From NCBI GenBank assembly GCA_026387355.1, contig JAPLLW010000016.1:6240-70239 (forward strand): a stretch of 64,000 bases of DNA. Reading direction: 5' to 3'. The stretch comes from Candidatus Omnitrophota bacterium. GTDB lineage: Bacteria > Omnitrophota > Gorgyraeia > Gygaellales > Profunditerraquicolaceae. Each line of letters starts with the position of its first letter. Positions within the stretch are counted from its first letter, which is position 1. Below the pieces are notes generated by a model. It was not told where the DNA came from. It did no database searches and worked only from the letters and a program-made list of their open reading frames with translations. Shown piece by piece: positions 32,318-42,615 of the stretch. Made by a program: the position numbers and the translations under genes.

Positions 32318-33704
32318 GCAAGACTTCTTCATCTTTAGATGGCACATAAGCATTTATACCCATCTTGGTAAATGTATCGCACAGATCCAGCTCCTGCTCC
32401 TCTTCGCCATGAACTAAGAATATCCTCTTAAGCGGTAAACAGGCATTTACAAACCCCAGTAAATCATTCTTATCAGCATGCCCGGACATTGCGTTAACAA
32501 TCACAACTTCAGCATTAAGCTCATATTCTATACCGAATATGCGCACAATCTTCTCTCTATCTACAATTCTCCTGCCCAAGGTATCCTTAGCCATATAACC
32601 AACTACAAGGATTGTATTTCTGGAATCCTCGATATTATTCTGAAGATGATGAAGGATTCTCCCGGATTCGCACATCCCGCTTCCTGCGATAATAATCATC
32701 GGCCGCTTATCAGCATTTAAGGCCTTAGACTCATATTGATCGCGGATAAATCTTAAGTTTAGCAATTCAAATGGGCTATTCCCTTTAGAAAACTCCTGAC
32801 GCGTTGTAGGATCAAAATAGTCATGGTGATATTCAAAGACTTCGGTAATGTCTGTTGCTAAAGGACTATCTACATATATCGGGACAGAAGGTATAAGCTT
32901 ATCTTTCAATAGCTCATTTAAGTAAAAAATAACCTCTTGCGTACGCTCCAGGGTAAATGACGGGATAAGTACTTTACCACCCCTGCGTAAAGTACGCGAG
33001 ATAGCATCCCTAAGTTTTGATTGAGCCTCCTCAATCGGCGCATGAAGCCTTGAGCCATAGGTACTTTCTAATATTAAATAATCCAGCCCCTTAGGTATAA
33101 CCGGATTATTAAGCAAGGGGAGGTTCTTTCTGCCTAAATCTACAGCATAACCTAAACGTATATTACGATTTTCATCCTTAATATCTAAAATGGTTATAGC
33201 TGAACCTAATATGTGCCCGGCATCAACAAGCGTTGCGAAAACATTTTTGGCGATACAAAATTTCTGATTATAAGAGATGGAGCGGAATATCTTTGTCGCC
33301 TTAGCCGCTTCTTTCTTAGTATAAAGAGGCTTTCTCTCAGGCAGGCCTATGCGCTTATTGATTTTATTAACATATCTGATATCTTCTTCCTGAATCTTAC
33401 CTGAATCCTTAAGCATAAGCTCAGCCAGGTCTTTTGTTGCGGAGGTAGTATAAATCTTACAACGCAGCCCCTTCTTTATGAGGCTTGGAATATTCCCGCA
33501 ATGATCAATATGCGCATGAGAAAGAACGAGCGCATTGATTAAACGCGGATTAAAACTAAAAGTTGTATTTATTGCATAAGACTCATCGCGGTGGCCCTGG
33601 AAGAGCCCTGCGTCAAGCAGAACCTCGGTCTTATCCGCAATCACCAGGTGACTTGAACCGGTAACTGTCCTTACCCCTCCTAAAAATTTTATTTTAACGG
33701 ACAT
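32310..33704 (-). CDS. MBL-fold/beta-CASP RNA-processing metallohydrolase
   Basis: VTGSSH, SHAHIDHCG, AGHILGS, ESTYG, GMCESGRILHH, SGHAD, LVHGE. Confidence 0.9.
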   Translation of the reverse strand: MSVKIKFLGGVRTVTGSSHLVIADKTEVLLDAGLFQGHRDESYAINTTFSFNPRLINALVLSHAHIDHCGNIPSLIKKGLRCKIYTTSATKDLAELMLKDSGKIQEEDIRYVNKINKRIGLPERKPLYTKKEAAKATKIFRSISYNQKFCIAKNVFATLVDAGHILGSAITILDIKDENRNIRLGYAVDLGRKNLPLLNNPVIPKGLDYLILESTYGSRLHAPIEEAQSKLRDAISRTLRRGGKVLIPSFTLERTQEVIFYLNELLKDKLIPSVPIYVDSPLATDITEVFEYHHDYFDPTTRQEFSKGNSPFELLNLRFIRDQYESKALNADKRPMIIIAGSGMCESGRILHHLQNNIEDSRNTILVVGYMAKDTLGRRIVDREKIVRIFGIEYELNAEVVIVNAMSGHADKNDLLGFVNACLPLKRIFLVHGEEEQELDLCDTFTKMGINAYVPSKDEEVLLD

Positions 33705-33709
33705 ATTTA

Positions 33710-34390
33710 TTACTCCTTAGTCTTTATCTTAAATAGCGCCATGATTATAAATATAATATAGATAAAGCTAAATAGCAACAAAGGTTTATGGCTTAAGAAA
33801 AATTCTCTTAAAACCTCAGGTTTACTGAATACACTTATACCTACAGAATAAAGTATATACTGAATCCAGAAAATCTTTATTGGCGAGCCAATAATTACTG
33901 CGGTAAGATATTTTCTAAAGCGAATTTTGGTAAGTCCGGCAGATAAATCTAGAAATCTATAAGGAATAAGCGGCGCAGCCCGAAATACAAATAACCAGAG
34001 AAGACTCATCTTTCCTAACTTCTCATCCAGATGCCTATATTTATCACTTAATTTACCTTCAACGCTCCTTCTGCCAAGAAGACGCGCTAGATAAAATAAT
34101 AAAAAGGCATTAATTGTTTCAGCAGCACAAATTAACAGAGCACTTAGATACGGACCGAATAATAGTGCGCCCAGTAGCCAAAATAAATCTTTGGAGAAGA
34201 ATACAAAGAAGGTAACAAAAACATAAAGAAGGATATATATAAATGCGCTGGCAAGAAGAGGGAATTTTGTTAATGCGTTTTGTAAAACAGTGGGGTCAAC
34301 TGGTATGTAGCGGCCTAAATACCAAAAGAAAACTAAGACAAAGATCAAAATTAAGAAGCCGAGATTATCCTTAATTTGCTTAATTTTCAT
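33710..34390 (-). CDS. TVP38/TMEM64 (VTT/DedA superfamily) membrane protein
   Basis: Hydrophobic throughout; FYLARLLGR, FRAAPLIPY, AGLTKIRFRKY. Confidence 0.85.
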   Translation of the reverse strand: MKIKQIKDNLGFLILIFVLVFFWYLGRYIPVDPTVLQNALTKFPLLASAFIYILLYVFVTFFVFFSKDLFWLLGALLFGPYLSALLICAAETINAFLLFYLARLLGRRSVEGKLSDKYRHLDEKLGKMSLLWLFVFRAAPLIPYRFLDLSAGLTKIRFRKYLTAVIIGSPIKIFWIQYILYSVGISVFSKPEVLREFFLSHKPLLLFSFIYIIFIIMALFKIKTKE

Positions 34391-35913
34391 TAAGTAACGA
34401 AGAGATTACGGGATGAGAATTTTCCATCAGTAGTTAAGTTTACGCCTAGTCGCTTTAGGCCAACCTCGTCTCCGGGAGTAGGTATATGCGTCATATGCAA
34501 CTCGCATCCCCTTAACTCTACAAGCTTTTGCATGGCAAGCTCCGCGGTATGATTAGTTGTTCCACTTATTGCTAAAGCAATCAGCGTCTCCTCTAAATCA
34601 AGGCTCTCAGAATCCGCATCAAGTATTCCTTCTTTTAATTTACCAATTTGATTAATTATATGCGGAGAAAGAAGTAAGATTTCATCGGGGATATTCGCTA
34701 AGACTTTAATTGCATTTAAAATCAGACTGCTTGCAGCATGCATAAGCTTGGAATTCTTCCCGGTGAGGATCCTGCCGTCATTTAACTGGATTGCTGCTCC
34801 GCAGAATATCCCGGCATTCCCCTTACCCTTAGCCTCAGCTTCAAGTGCTGTCTTTCTTGCCACCTCAACAACGCTACGGTCAATAAGCTTAATACCTAGT
34901 TCTTCCATAAGTAGCAGTACCCTATCCACCGTCTCTTTTTTCTCAATCCCCAGTACATACTCAGAATTATATCTAAAATACCTGCGGATTAACTCTTGCT
35001 TGGCTGCCTCTTGCACTAGCTTATCATCAACAATACCGAAACCCGCGCGGTTAACCCCCATATCAGTAGGCGAATTATACATAGGCAAGATTACATTCTT
35101 ATCAAATATCCTGGTAAGGATTAATTTTAGTATAGGAAAACTTTCCACATCGCGGTTATAATTTATGGAAGTCTTATTGTATTTATTCAAATGGAACGGG
35201 TCTACGAGATTAAAATCCAGGATATCAGCGGTAGCTGCTTCATATGCTACATTAACCGGGTGCTTGAGGGGCAGATTCCATATCGGAAAGGTCTCAAACT
35301 TTGCGTAACCGGCGTTTACCCCGCGCTTATGCTCAAGATATAACTGCGACAAGCAAACCGCAAGCTTCCCGCTATTTGGTCCGGGAGCAGTTACAACACA
35401 AATCGGCTTTTTGGTCTCAATAAACTGATTTTTTCCAAAACCATTATCGCTTACAATGGAGGCAACATCCGCAGGATATCCTTCTATCGGATAATGCAGA
35501 TAAACCTTAACCCCGCGATGCTCCAATTTGTTCTTGAACATAACTGCCGAAGACTGATTATTAAAACGGGTAATCACTACAGCTAAAATATCCAAACCCC
35601 ACTTACGCAAATCATCAATTAGCTTTAGCGTTGCGGCATCATAAGTAATACCAAAATCACCACGCACCCTCCCCTTCTCGATATCCCCGGCATAAATAGC
35701 CAAGACAATATCTATCTTGTCTTTTAAGCATTGCAGTAACCTTATTTTTACATTGGGGTCATAACCCGGGAGGACGCGGGCAGCATGGTAGTCATAACAG
35801 AGTTTGCCACCGAATTCCAAATAAAGCTTATTATCGAACTTATTCACGCGATCGACAATTGCCTGTGTCTGTTCTTTCAAATACTTATCATTATCAAATC
35901 CAACTTTATTCAT
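34390..35913 (-). CDS. DUF1846 (UPF0371) family protein
   Basis: GFDNDKY, KLYLEFGGKL, TAPGPNSGK, YAKFETFPIWN, SPTDMGVN. Confidence 0.88.
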   Translation of the reverse strand: MNKVGFDNDKYLKEQTQAIVDRVNKFDNKLYLEFGGKLCYDYHAARVLPGYDPNVKIRLLQCLKDKIDIVLAIYAGDIEKGRVRGDFGITYDAATLKLIDDLRKWGLDILAVVITRFNNQSSAVMFKNKLEHRGVKVYLHYPIEGYPADVASIVSDNGFGKNQFIETKKPICVVTAPGPNSGKLAVCLSQLYLEHKRGVNAGYAKFETFPIWNLPLKHPVNVAYEAATADILDFNLVDPFHLNKYNKTSINYNRDVESFPILKLILTRIFDKNVILPMYNSPTDMGVNRAGFGIVDDKLVQEAAKQELIRRYFRYNSEYVLGIEKKETVDRVLLLMEELGIKLIDRSVVEVARKTALEAEAKGKGNAGIFCGAAIQLNDGRILTGKNSKLMHAASSLILNAIKVLANIPDEILLLSPHIINQIGKLKEGILDADSESLDLEETLIALAISGTTNHTAELAMQKLVELRGCELHMTHIPTPGDEVGLKRLGVNLTTDGKFSSRNLFVT

Positions 35914-35950
35914 TATTTAAATCTCCGTTTAGAATGATTATATAGTAAGT

Positions 35951-35979
35951 ATTATAATACTGAAATGAGTCATTGTAAA
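35951..35979 (-). promoter_or_regulatory. Putative sigma70 promoter of the DUF1846 unit
   Basis: Minus strand TTTACA-N17-TATAAT. Confidence 0.65.
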
Positions 35980-36016
35980 GAGCTCCTAATCTTCATGTGT
36001 TAGTAGATGTTAACAG

Positions 36017-36305
36017 GCGGGTCCTGCCTGCTGATCCACCCCGTTCGTGCTCCCCGCCATAAAACTTGGCGGGTGCGCGCGTACGGGGTCCCCGTATCAG
36101 CAGTCACCCGCTTTTAATACTAATAAACACTAGTTAGTTAGGTACTGACTTGCCTGTGTTTAAGCGGGGCGTCCGAGGAACCCGAGCGGGCACGGTTCGC
36201 CTTCTAATAATGTCAGCGAGAGCGAGGGTCCGCAGGTCGAGCGAAGTTTTGCCTCGCAGGGGCAAAACGAGCGTACCCGCGAAAACACAGGCAAGGCAGG
36301 ACCTA
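36017..36305 (-). repeat. Two-module structured intergenic element, copy 2 (REP/MITE-like or ncRNA)
   Basis: On the minus strand, module A (36305-36139) then module B (36111-36017), with the same motifs and order as 28533-28811. Confidence 0.75.
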
Positions 36306-36323
36306 TTGAAAAGATTTTAGCGT

Positions 36324-36351
36324 AATAAAAAGCTGCATTAAAAAATACAGC
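36324..36351 (-). terminator. Intrinsic terminator after carB
   Basis: Minus strand GCTGTATT-TTTT-AATGCAGC followed by TTTTTATT, 9 nt after the carB stop. Confidence 0.6.
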
Positions 36352-36360
36352 AGGCAAGAC

Positions 36361-38022
36361 CTATTCTTCGTAGGTAGAATAAAAATACGGGGTATATGCC
36401 TTAAATTCGGCGGCACAGGTATCTACAAGCTTAAAGGTGGGTTCTATTTTAAGCTCTTTACGTAGCTTACTGATATCTTCCTCTTTTTTATTCAAAAGCT
36501 TGGCTAGCTGTCTATCGCTAAACCCAAACTCTTTAGCCTCTCTTAAGAGTTCTTTAGATATACTAGCCTTGCTACCTGCAACCTCTTTCTCTAAATCGAT
36601 TATCTCGCCTATATTGCTTAAAAACCAACGGTCGATTTTAGTAATTGCAAAAATCTTATCGATACTCATACCCATCCTTAATGCATCGCCGATATAAAAT
36701 ATGCGCTCGGCATTGGGAGTTTTGAGCTTTTGTTCTATCTTAATCCTAACTTCATCATCTACTTTTATATCCAGAGGATTAGAAAACATTAAGCTCTCTA
36801 ACCCAAATTTCTTAATCTCAAGCGAACGCAAACCCTTTTGTAATGATTCCTTAAAGGTCCTTCCTATAGACATAGCCTCACCCACGGATTTCATAGATAC
36901 AGTAAGCGTAGGATCAGAAGAAGGAAATTTCTCAAAAGTAAAACGGGGAATTTTTACCACGCAATAATCAATCGCAGGCTCAAAACAGGCAGGCGTTTCG
37001 CGAGTGATATCGTTAGGGATCTCATCAAGCGTATAACCAACAGCGAGCTTTGCCGCAATTTTAGCGATAGGAAAACCTGTCGCCTTTGAAGCCAGAGCAG
37101 AACTGCGCGAAACCCGCGGGTTCATCTCAATCACAACCATACGTCCGGTATCCGGATTTAAAGCAAACTGAATATTTGATCCGCCGGTCTCAACCCCAAT
37201 CTCTCTTATGCAGGCAATAGCGGCATCGCGCATCTTTTGATATTCTTTATCAGTCAGGGTTTGAATTGGCGCTACGGTAATACTATCGCCGGTATGCACA
37301 CCCATAGGATCAAGATTCTCAATCGAGCAGATAATTACTACATTATCTTTTAAATCACGCATTACCTCCAGCTCAAACTCCTTCCAGCCTGCCACCGACT
37401 CCTCTACCAAAATCTCGCTGATCATACTTGATTCTAAACCGCGCTTGGCTAATTCCTTAAATTCATCAATATTGTAAGCCATGCTTCCCCCTGTTCCCCC
37501 TAAGGTAAAACTCGGACGGATAATTAAGGGAAACCCGATTTCTTTGGCCACTTTTATTGATTCTTTAAGATTATAAGCTTTTCCGCTACGCGGCAGATCC
37601 AAACCAATTTTGCTCATCGCTTCTTTAAAAAGCTGCCTATCCTCGCCCTTCTTTATTGCCTTTATATTAGCTCCAATACACTCTACTTTATATTTCTTTA
37701 ATACGCCGCTCTCTGCCAAAGCAATGGTAACATTTAAGGCAGTCTGGCCACCTAATGTCGGTAAAAGTGCGTCCGGCCTTTCCTTGGCAATTATTCTCTC
37801 GAGGACTTCCGGTATAATCGGCTCTACATAAGTAGCATCGGCTATTTGAGGATCAGTCATTATTGTTGCCGGGTTTGAATTAACCAGGACGATATTAAAA
37901 CCCTCCTGCTTTAAGACTTTACAGGCCTGTGTCCCGGAATAATCAAATTCGCATGCTTGGCCGATTACTATAGGCCCGGAACCAATAATTAAAATCTTTT
38001 TTAGATCAGTTCTTTTTGGCAT
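36361..38022 (-). CDS. carB: Carbamoyl-phosphate synthase large subunit, N-terminal half (split carB)
   Basis: [35 protein letters not shown]; ends at VDTCAAEF...YFYSTYEE, 553 aa. Confidence 0.92.
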   Translation of the reverse strand: MPKRTDLKKILIIGSGPIVIGQACEFDYSGTQACKVLKQEGFNIVLVNSNPATIMTDPQIADATYVEPIIPEVLERIIAKERPDALLPTLGGQTALNVTIALAESGVLKKYKVECIGANIKAIKKGEDRQLFKEAMSKIGLDLPRSGKAYNLKESIKVAKEIGFPLIIRPSFTLGGTGGSMAYNIDEFKELAKRGLESSMISEILVEESVAGWKEFELEVMRDLKDNVVIICSIENLDPMGVHTGDSITVAPIQTLTDKEYQKMRDAAIACIREIGVETGGSNIQFALNPDTGRMVVIEMNPRVSRSSALASKATGFPIAKIAAKLAVGYTLDEIPNDITRETPACFEPAIDYCVVKIPRFTFEKFPSSDPTLTVSMKSVGEAMSIGRTFKESLQKGLRSLEIKKFGLESLMFSNPLDIKVDDEVRIKIEQKLKTPNAERIFYIGDALRMGMSIDKIFAITKIDRWFLSNIGEIIDLEKEVAGSKASISKELLREAKEFGFSDRQLAKLLNKKEEDISKLRKELKIEPTFKLVDTCAAEFKAYTPYFYSTYEE

Positions 38023-39124
38023 TTCGCTTTATCTTTGATTTCTTCATTAAACCAATGAACTCTTCGAATAAATATTGTGCATCATGCGGTCCCGGGGAAG
38101 CCTCCGGATGAAACTGCACAGAGAATACCGGTAATTTTTTATGACGCAGACCTTCTAGCGTATTATCATTTAGATTTATATGGGTAAGTTCTATCTCTTT
38201 TTTATTAAGAGTATCTATATCCACGCAAAAACCGTGATTCTGGGAGGTTACGGAAACGCTTCCGGTTCTAAAGTCTTTTACCGGATGATTCGCCCCGTGA
38301 TGACCAAACTTTAATTTAAAAGTCTTTCCCCCCAAAGCAAGACCTAGCATTTGATGGCCAAGACAGATACCAAATATTGGAAGCTTGCCGATCAGCTCTC
38401 TGGTTGTCTGCACGACTGAAGAGACCGCTTCGGGATCACCCGGGCCGTTAGAAAGAAGCAACCCATCGGGCTTAGCCTCTAAAATCTGTAGGCTTGTGGT
38501 TTTAGCGGGAAAAACAAGCACTTCGCACTTTCGCTTAAACAATTCCCTCAGAATATTATATTTTACCCCGCAATCAATAACCGCTACGCGATAAAGCGTA
38601 TTTTTTGGATTATCCCAAACATACTTCTTGCCACAAGTTACTTCTTTAACCAAATCTATCCCCACTAAACCTAATGAATCTTTGGCCTTCTTAACCAAGC
38701 TATGCTCATCTAAATCTAGAGTAGAAAGCACTGCCTTCATTGCGCCTTTCTCCCGGATATGCAAAGTCAGGCTACGCGTATCAATCCCCTCAACAGCTGC
38801 AATATTATTCTTATTAAAATAATCACCTAATGAACCGCTCTTTCTCCAATTACTAGCTATCTTGCTATACTCCTTAACTACAAAACCCTCCAGAAATATC
38901 GAGCGGGATTCAACATCCTCTGCGTTTATCCCATAGTTACCCATCAAGGGATAGGTCATCGCTACAATCTGCCCCTTATAAGAAGGATCAGTAATAACCT
39001 CCTGATACCCGGACATGCTTGTATTAAAAACTACCTCTCCGAATCTTTCTGCGGATGCGCCGAAAGACTCACCCCGGAATATTCTTCCGTCCTCTAATGC
39101 TAATATTGCATTCAACTTTTTCAT
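38006..39124 (-). CDS. carA: Carbamoyl-phosphate synthase small subunit
   Basis: [34 protein letters not shown]. Confidence 0.96.
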   Translation of the reverse strand: MKKLNAILALEDGRIFRGESFGASAERFGEVVFNTSMSGYQEVITDPSYKGQIVAMTYPLMGNYGINAEDVESRSIFLEGFVVKEYSKIASNWRKSGSLGDYFNKNNIAAVEGIDTRSLTLHIREKGAMKAVLSTLDLDEHSLVKKAKDSLGLVGIDLVKEVTCGKKYVWDNPKNTLYRVAVIDCGVKYNILRELFKRKCEVLVFPAKTTSLQILEAKPDGLLLSNGPGDPEAVSSVVQTTRELIGKLPIFGICLGHQMLGLALGGKTFKLKFGHHGANHPVKDFRTGSVSVTSQNHGFCVDIDTLNKKEIELTHINLNDNTLEGLRHKKLPVFSVQFHPEASPGPHDAQYLFEEFIGLMKKSKIKRNAKKN

Positions 39125-39324
39125 AGACTAACATTGGCGGTTGGCACGGCGCGCTTCTTGCGCTAAAACACGCTGCGAAGCATCGCTGTACCAACCTAAT
39201 TACTGGGATGTAAAAGCTAACTGTTACTATTTATCTTAGAGAAATGGCGTCTTTAGAGCCAGAGATCCCACCCTAAAAACGCCATTGTTTTAGTTTTACA
39301 GCTCTTGCATAAATACCTTGAAGG

Positions 39325-39352
39325 AGTATATCACAAGTCAAAGGGAAGTCAA
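39325..39352 (-). promoter_or_regulatory. Putative sigma70 promoter of carAB
   Basis: Minus strand TTGACT-N16-TATACT with TG extension; implies a roughly 195 nt structured leader. Confidence 0.6.
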
Positions 39353-40683
39353 ACTAAATGCAAAAATTCTTTACCTTCTCTCATGGAATTAATGTAACGC
39401 TCTATCTTAATATCTTTGCGCTCCTTCAAATTAATTACCTCATCGCTGCCTTGCGGTGAAATAATTTTGACTACCGGCAGATTGATATCATCTTCATTCG
39501 TAGCTACAACTACTCCCACGCGTTTATCGCTCAAAGAAATTATCGAGCCTAATGGCCAGACCCCCATTATCTTAAAAAAGCTATCAAGCAAAGCAGGGTC
39601 AAATGCGCTGTCGCGTCCGCGCATCATTAAGCTATAAATCAGATCCGGAGGATAATCTGACTTATAGCTCCTTCTTGCGCAGAGCGCATCATAAACATCA
39701 CAGATAGATACTATGGATGATGCTATATGTTGTTTTCGTTTAAAGGGAACCTTAGGGTAACCGCTTAAATCATATTTTAAATGATGCTCAAAACTGACTA
39801 CTACCGGCATAATCCCTATATTGTCAACGTAGCGCATAAGTAGCTTAGCTCCTAAAAATGCATGGCTCTCCATTTGATCAAATTCTAAGTTATTTAACTC
39901 ACCGGGTTTGTTGATTATCTTGCGCGAAACATAAAGCTTACCCATATCGTGTAATAAAGCAGATAACCCGATATCCATAACTATCTCTTTAGTAAAACCG
40001 AGCTTGGAAGAAAAAAACATGCTTAATATGGATACATTCAAAAGGTGGACAAATGTTGCTGCATCATACCTTTTTAAAGTAACAAGCTTTAGCAGCTCTT
40101 GATAGTTAGTACTGAGATTGTCAAAGATACTGCTGACTGCATTCCTTAAAGCTTGCCCTTCAACTGCCTCTTTATTTAATACCCCTTCTAAAGAGCCCGA
40201 AAGCTTATTTAATGAACCCTGGTATATATCCAGATTAACCACAGGCCCTGTTGACTTATCTGCTCCTGCAATAGAACCTTTAACTCGGCCGATAGAGATA
40301 TTCTTTATTCCGAACGACAATAATGATTCTGCTAAATCTTGCTTTATCTCGTCTTTAGGCATAACCAGAAACCCGAGGAATCTGACCAACTCTTCCCTCC
40401 GTAAAGAGGAATTAATCGCAATTCTCTCTATACCCCTATCTTTAAAATAAGTGATCATCTGTTTTAAATGCTTACTTAGATCAAAGAATATCTCCTTTTC
40501 AAAAGCGAGCTCCTCGCCGATTATGCCAAATACCAATTCGTCTCTTTGGTTTAAGTAATCCTGCAAAATAGAGAAAGTATTATCTATGGCCTTGGCGGCA
40601 ATAGAATGATTTAACCCGTAAAGTTTAACTACCTGCAGGGTGACCAGCAGTTCCTTAATAGCGTCTCTAGCTTGATCGCTCAT
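39349..40683 (-). CDS. HD-GYP domain protein with uncharacterised N-terminal domain
   Basis: HLLNV, LLHDMGK, EHHLKYDLSGYP, DVYDAL..RSYK, FDPALL. Confidence 0.88.
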   Translation of the reverse strand: MSDQARDAIKELLVTLQVVKLYGLNHSIAAKAIDNTFSILQDYLNQRDELVFGIIGEELAFEKEIFFDLSKHLKQMITYFKDRGIERIAINSSLRREELVRFLGFLVMPKDEIKQDLAESLLSFGIKNISIGRVKGSIAGADKSTGPVVNLDIYQGSLNKLSGSLEGVLNKEAVEGQALRNAVSSIFDNLSTNYQELLKLVTLKRYDAATFVHLLNVSILSMFFSSKLGFTKEIVMDIGLSALLHDMGKLYVSRKIINKPGELNNLEFDQMESHAFLGAKLLMRYVDNIGIMPVVVSFEHHLKYDLSGYPKVPFKRKQHIASSIVSICDVYDALCARRSYKSDYPPDLIYSLMMRGRDSAFDPALLDSFFKIMGVWPLGSIISLSDKRVGVVVATNEDDINLPVVKIISPQGSDEVINLKERKDIKIERYINSMREGKEFLHLV

Positions 40684-42599
40684 TTCAAACTCTCCAAAGC
40701 CCTAAGCGCATTACGTTTAAGCTCTCTATTCCAGAAAAATCTTCTTATGCTTAGCCTTGCAAGACAATCCTTGGCAGCTTTCAAATGCATAGCTTCAATA
40801 ATCCTTATATTCTCAATAATCAACCGGTTATTGATCCCCAATGGGCTGGATATATTAAAGAATAAATCTAGCGCCTGCTTAATAATAAAATCATCCTTAA
40901 GCAAAACTCTTAAAGCCTCTTTCCTTAATGCAATGCTTTTATTTTTAAGCGAAGAAAAGATGAAGTCTGCATCGATCTCGGTTAAATTTTGCATCTGTCT
41001 TAATACCGTAATTTTAGTTAATTCATTTCCGAACGAGTATATTTCTTTAAGCACAGCCAAAGATATAGGAAGGTCTAGTTCTGCAAGAACTTTTATCACG
41101 CAAGTTATAAAATCTAAATCCGAACGCCTATTTCTTAACCGCTCATAAAAAGAATGAAGTTGAGCGGGGACAAACATTAAGAATTGCCTTAAGCCATATA
41201 GGCTAACTTTATTTTCTTCAAATATTTTCTCAAAATAAATATCCGCAGACAGATACGTCCTCTCCATTGAATCAAACAGATAAATGAAATCTTTAGACGA
41301 AAGATCAAACCACATATCTGTTTCTAGATACCCGCCGATCCACTCCTGGATATCTGCTAATGCATCGGCAGAAAACTCCGCTGCAGACTTCTTTTTCTTA
41401 GCAACCTCCAGCAAGGATCTGAAAAAGCTATAGTCTTCGTCGCTATTAATACTTATCCAATCTTTTCTTAATCTTGAAAGAATGGAATCAAGTCCGACTT
41501 TGCTCTTCTCCTGGTCAAAGAAATCAAGGATAACCATACGGTAGCTAAGCTGCAATTGGGTTTGATCAAATACGAGAATACTCTTAAAAGAAATATCTTT
41601 GATTAATGCGGAAAGTGTTAAGCGATAGGATGGGGAGAGATTATCCGACTCCGGACTAAAGAGTATGCCCTTAACCTTCTTAGCCAACGCTTGATTATCG
41701 TTTAAATCTTGCTTTTTCTTGCTAAAAAGAGATGGCATCTTATCCACCCTCTCTCGACCGGCAAGCTGAGAGAACAATTCAAAATTAAGCGTGTTTAGAT
41801 TATCCTTGCTTTTTATTTGCGACAATAAAATATCGGCAAAGTCATTATCATCAAGGGCCCTAAAGACTTCTTTTATCTTATTGATATCTTTGCGGCTCAC
41901 AGTCCCGCTTGAATCCAGAACAATTTGCGTGATGCGCTTTAAGCATTCCGGGAATTTCTCATTGCTAGCGCTCTTAAGTTGGCTTAAGAAACTGCCTAGC
42001 TCCTTACTTAAATTAGCATCTTCAATAATTGATTTAACGCTAAGATTTTTATCAACGCCTGCTAGAAAACTATCAACAAAAGCATTAATTTTATCGGAAT
42101 CCTGAGCCTCTACGTTGGTTTTAAAAAGATAGAGCCAAATATCCTTAGTTTCTTTACCCTCCGAACCCATAAGCCTCGAATAATCCAATTCTTCAATAGA
42201 GATATTTTGGGTACTTACGTTCTTTAGCATATTGGATAAACCATCTTTTTTAAGAATTTCGGCCGGTTGAAGAGAAAGGTTACTTAAAAAATGCGCTAGC
42301 TCTGCAATAGTTAGCCCTGACTTAAATTCTACGCTCTTAATTTTACGGCTATGCAGAATCTGGGAAAGCTCAAAAGATACAAAAACCTTATCCCAATACT
42401 TTCCATCCAGGAATAGTGAACTGGCTGTTACATTAATTTTTACCGGATCCAGAAAACTAAATACCTGGTCTATTTTCTGCTTAAACTCTTGAATTGATTG
42501 TAAGAAATAGGGGTGTTCTGAAGAATAAGCCTGGGTGCTATGAATAACTGTGCGTAACCCTGTAAGGAATCCAATTAACGCTTCATCTTTATTCATCAA
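40680..42599 (-). CDS. Large alpha-helical protein (HEAT-like C-terminus) sharing an N-terminal domain with the adjacent HD-GYP protein
   Basis: 639 aa; AYSSEHP...RKIKSVEF..GLTIAELAHFL N-terminus; C-terminal LRKEALRVL / LKRNALRAL repeats. Confidence 0.6.
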   Translation of the reverse strand: MMNKDEALIGFLTGLRTVIHSTQAYSSEHPYFLQSIQEFKQKIDQVFSFLDPVKINVTASSLFLDGKYWDKVFVSFELSQILHSRKIKSVEFKSGLTIAELAHFLSNLSLQPAEILKKDGLSNMLKNVSTQNISIEELDYSRLMGSEGKETKDIWLYLFKTNVEAQDSDKINAFVDSFLAGVDKNLSVKSIIEDANLSKELGSFLSQLKSASNEKFPECLKRITQIVLDSSGTVSRKDINKIKEVFRALDDNDFADILLSQIKSKDNLNTLNFELFSQLAGRERVDKMPSLFSKKKQDLNDNQALAKKVKGILFSPESDNLSPSYRLTLSALIKDISFKSILVFDQTQLQLSYRMVILDFFDQEKSKVGLDSILSRLRKDWISINSDEDYSFFRSLLEVAKKKKSAAEFSADALADIQEWIGGYLETDMWFDLSSKDFIYLFDSMERTYLSADIYFEKIFEENKVSLYGLRQFLMFVPAQLHSFYERLRNRRSDLDFITCVIKVLAELDLPISLAVLKEIYSFGNELTKITVLRQMQNLTEIDADFIFSSLKNKSIALRKEALRVLLKDDFIIKQALDLFFNISSPLGINNRLIIENIRIIEAMHLKAAKDCLARLSIRRFFWNRELKRNALRALESLK

Positions 42600-42615
42600 G
42601 TTTATTTATTTAAGT

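Noticed and set aside
36160-36357. 65-aa ORF after carB as a possible carB continuation
   Set aside because: No CarB similarity; it runs across the terminator and the structured element.
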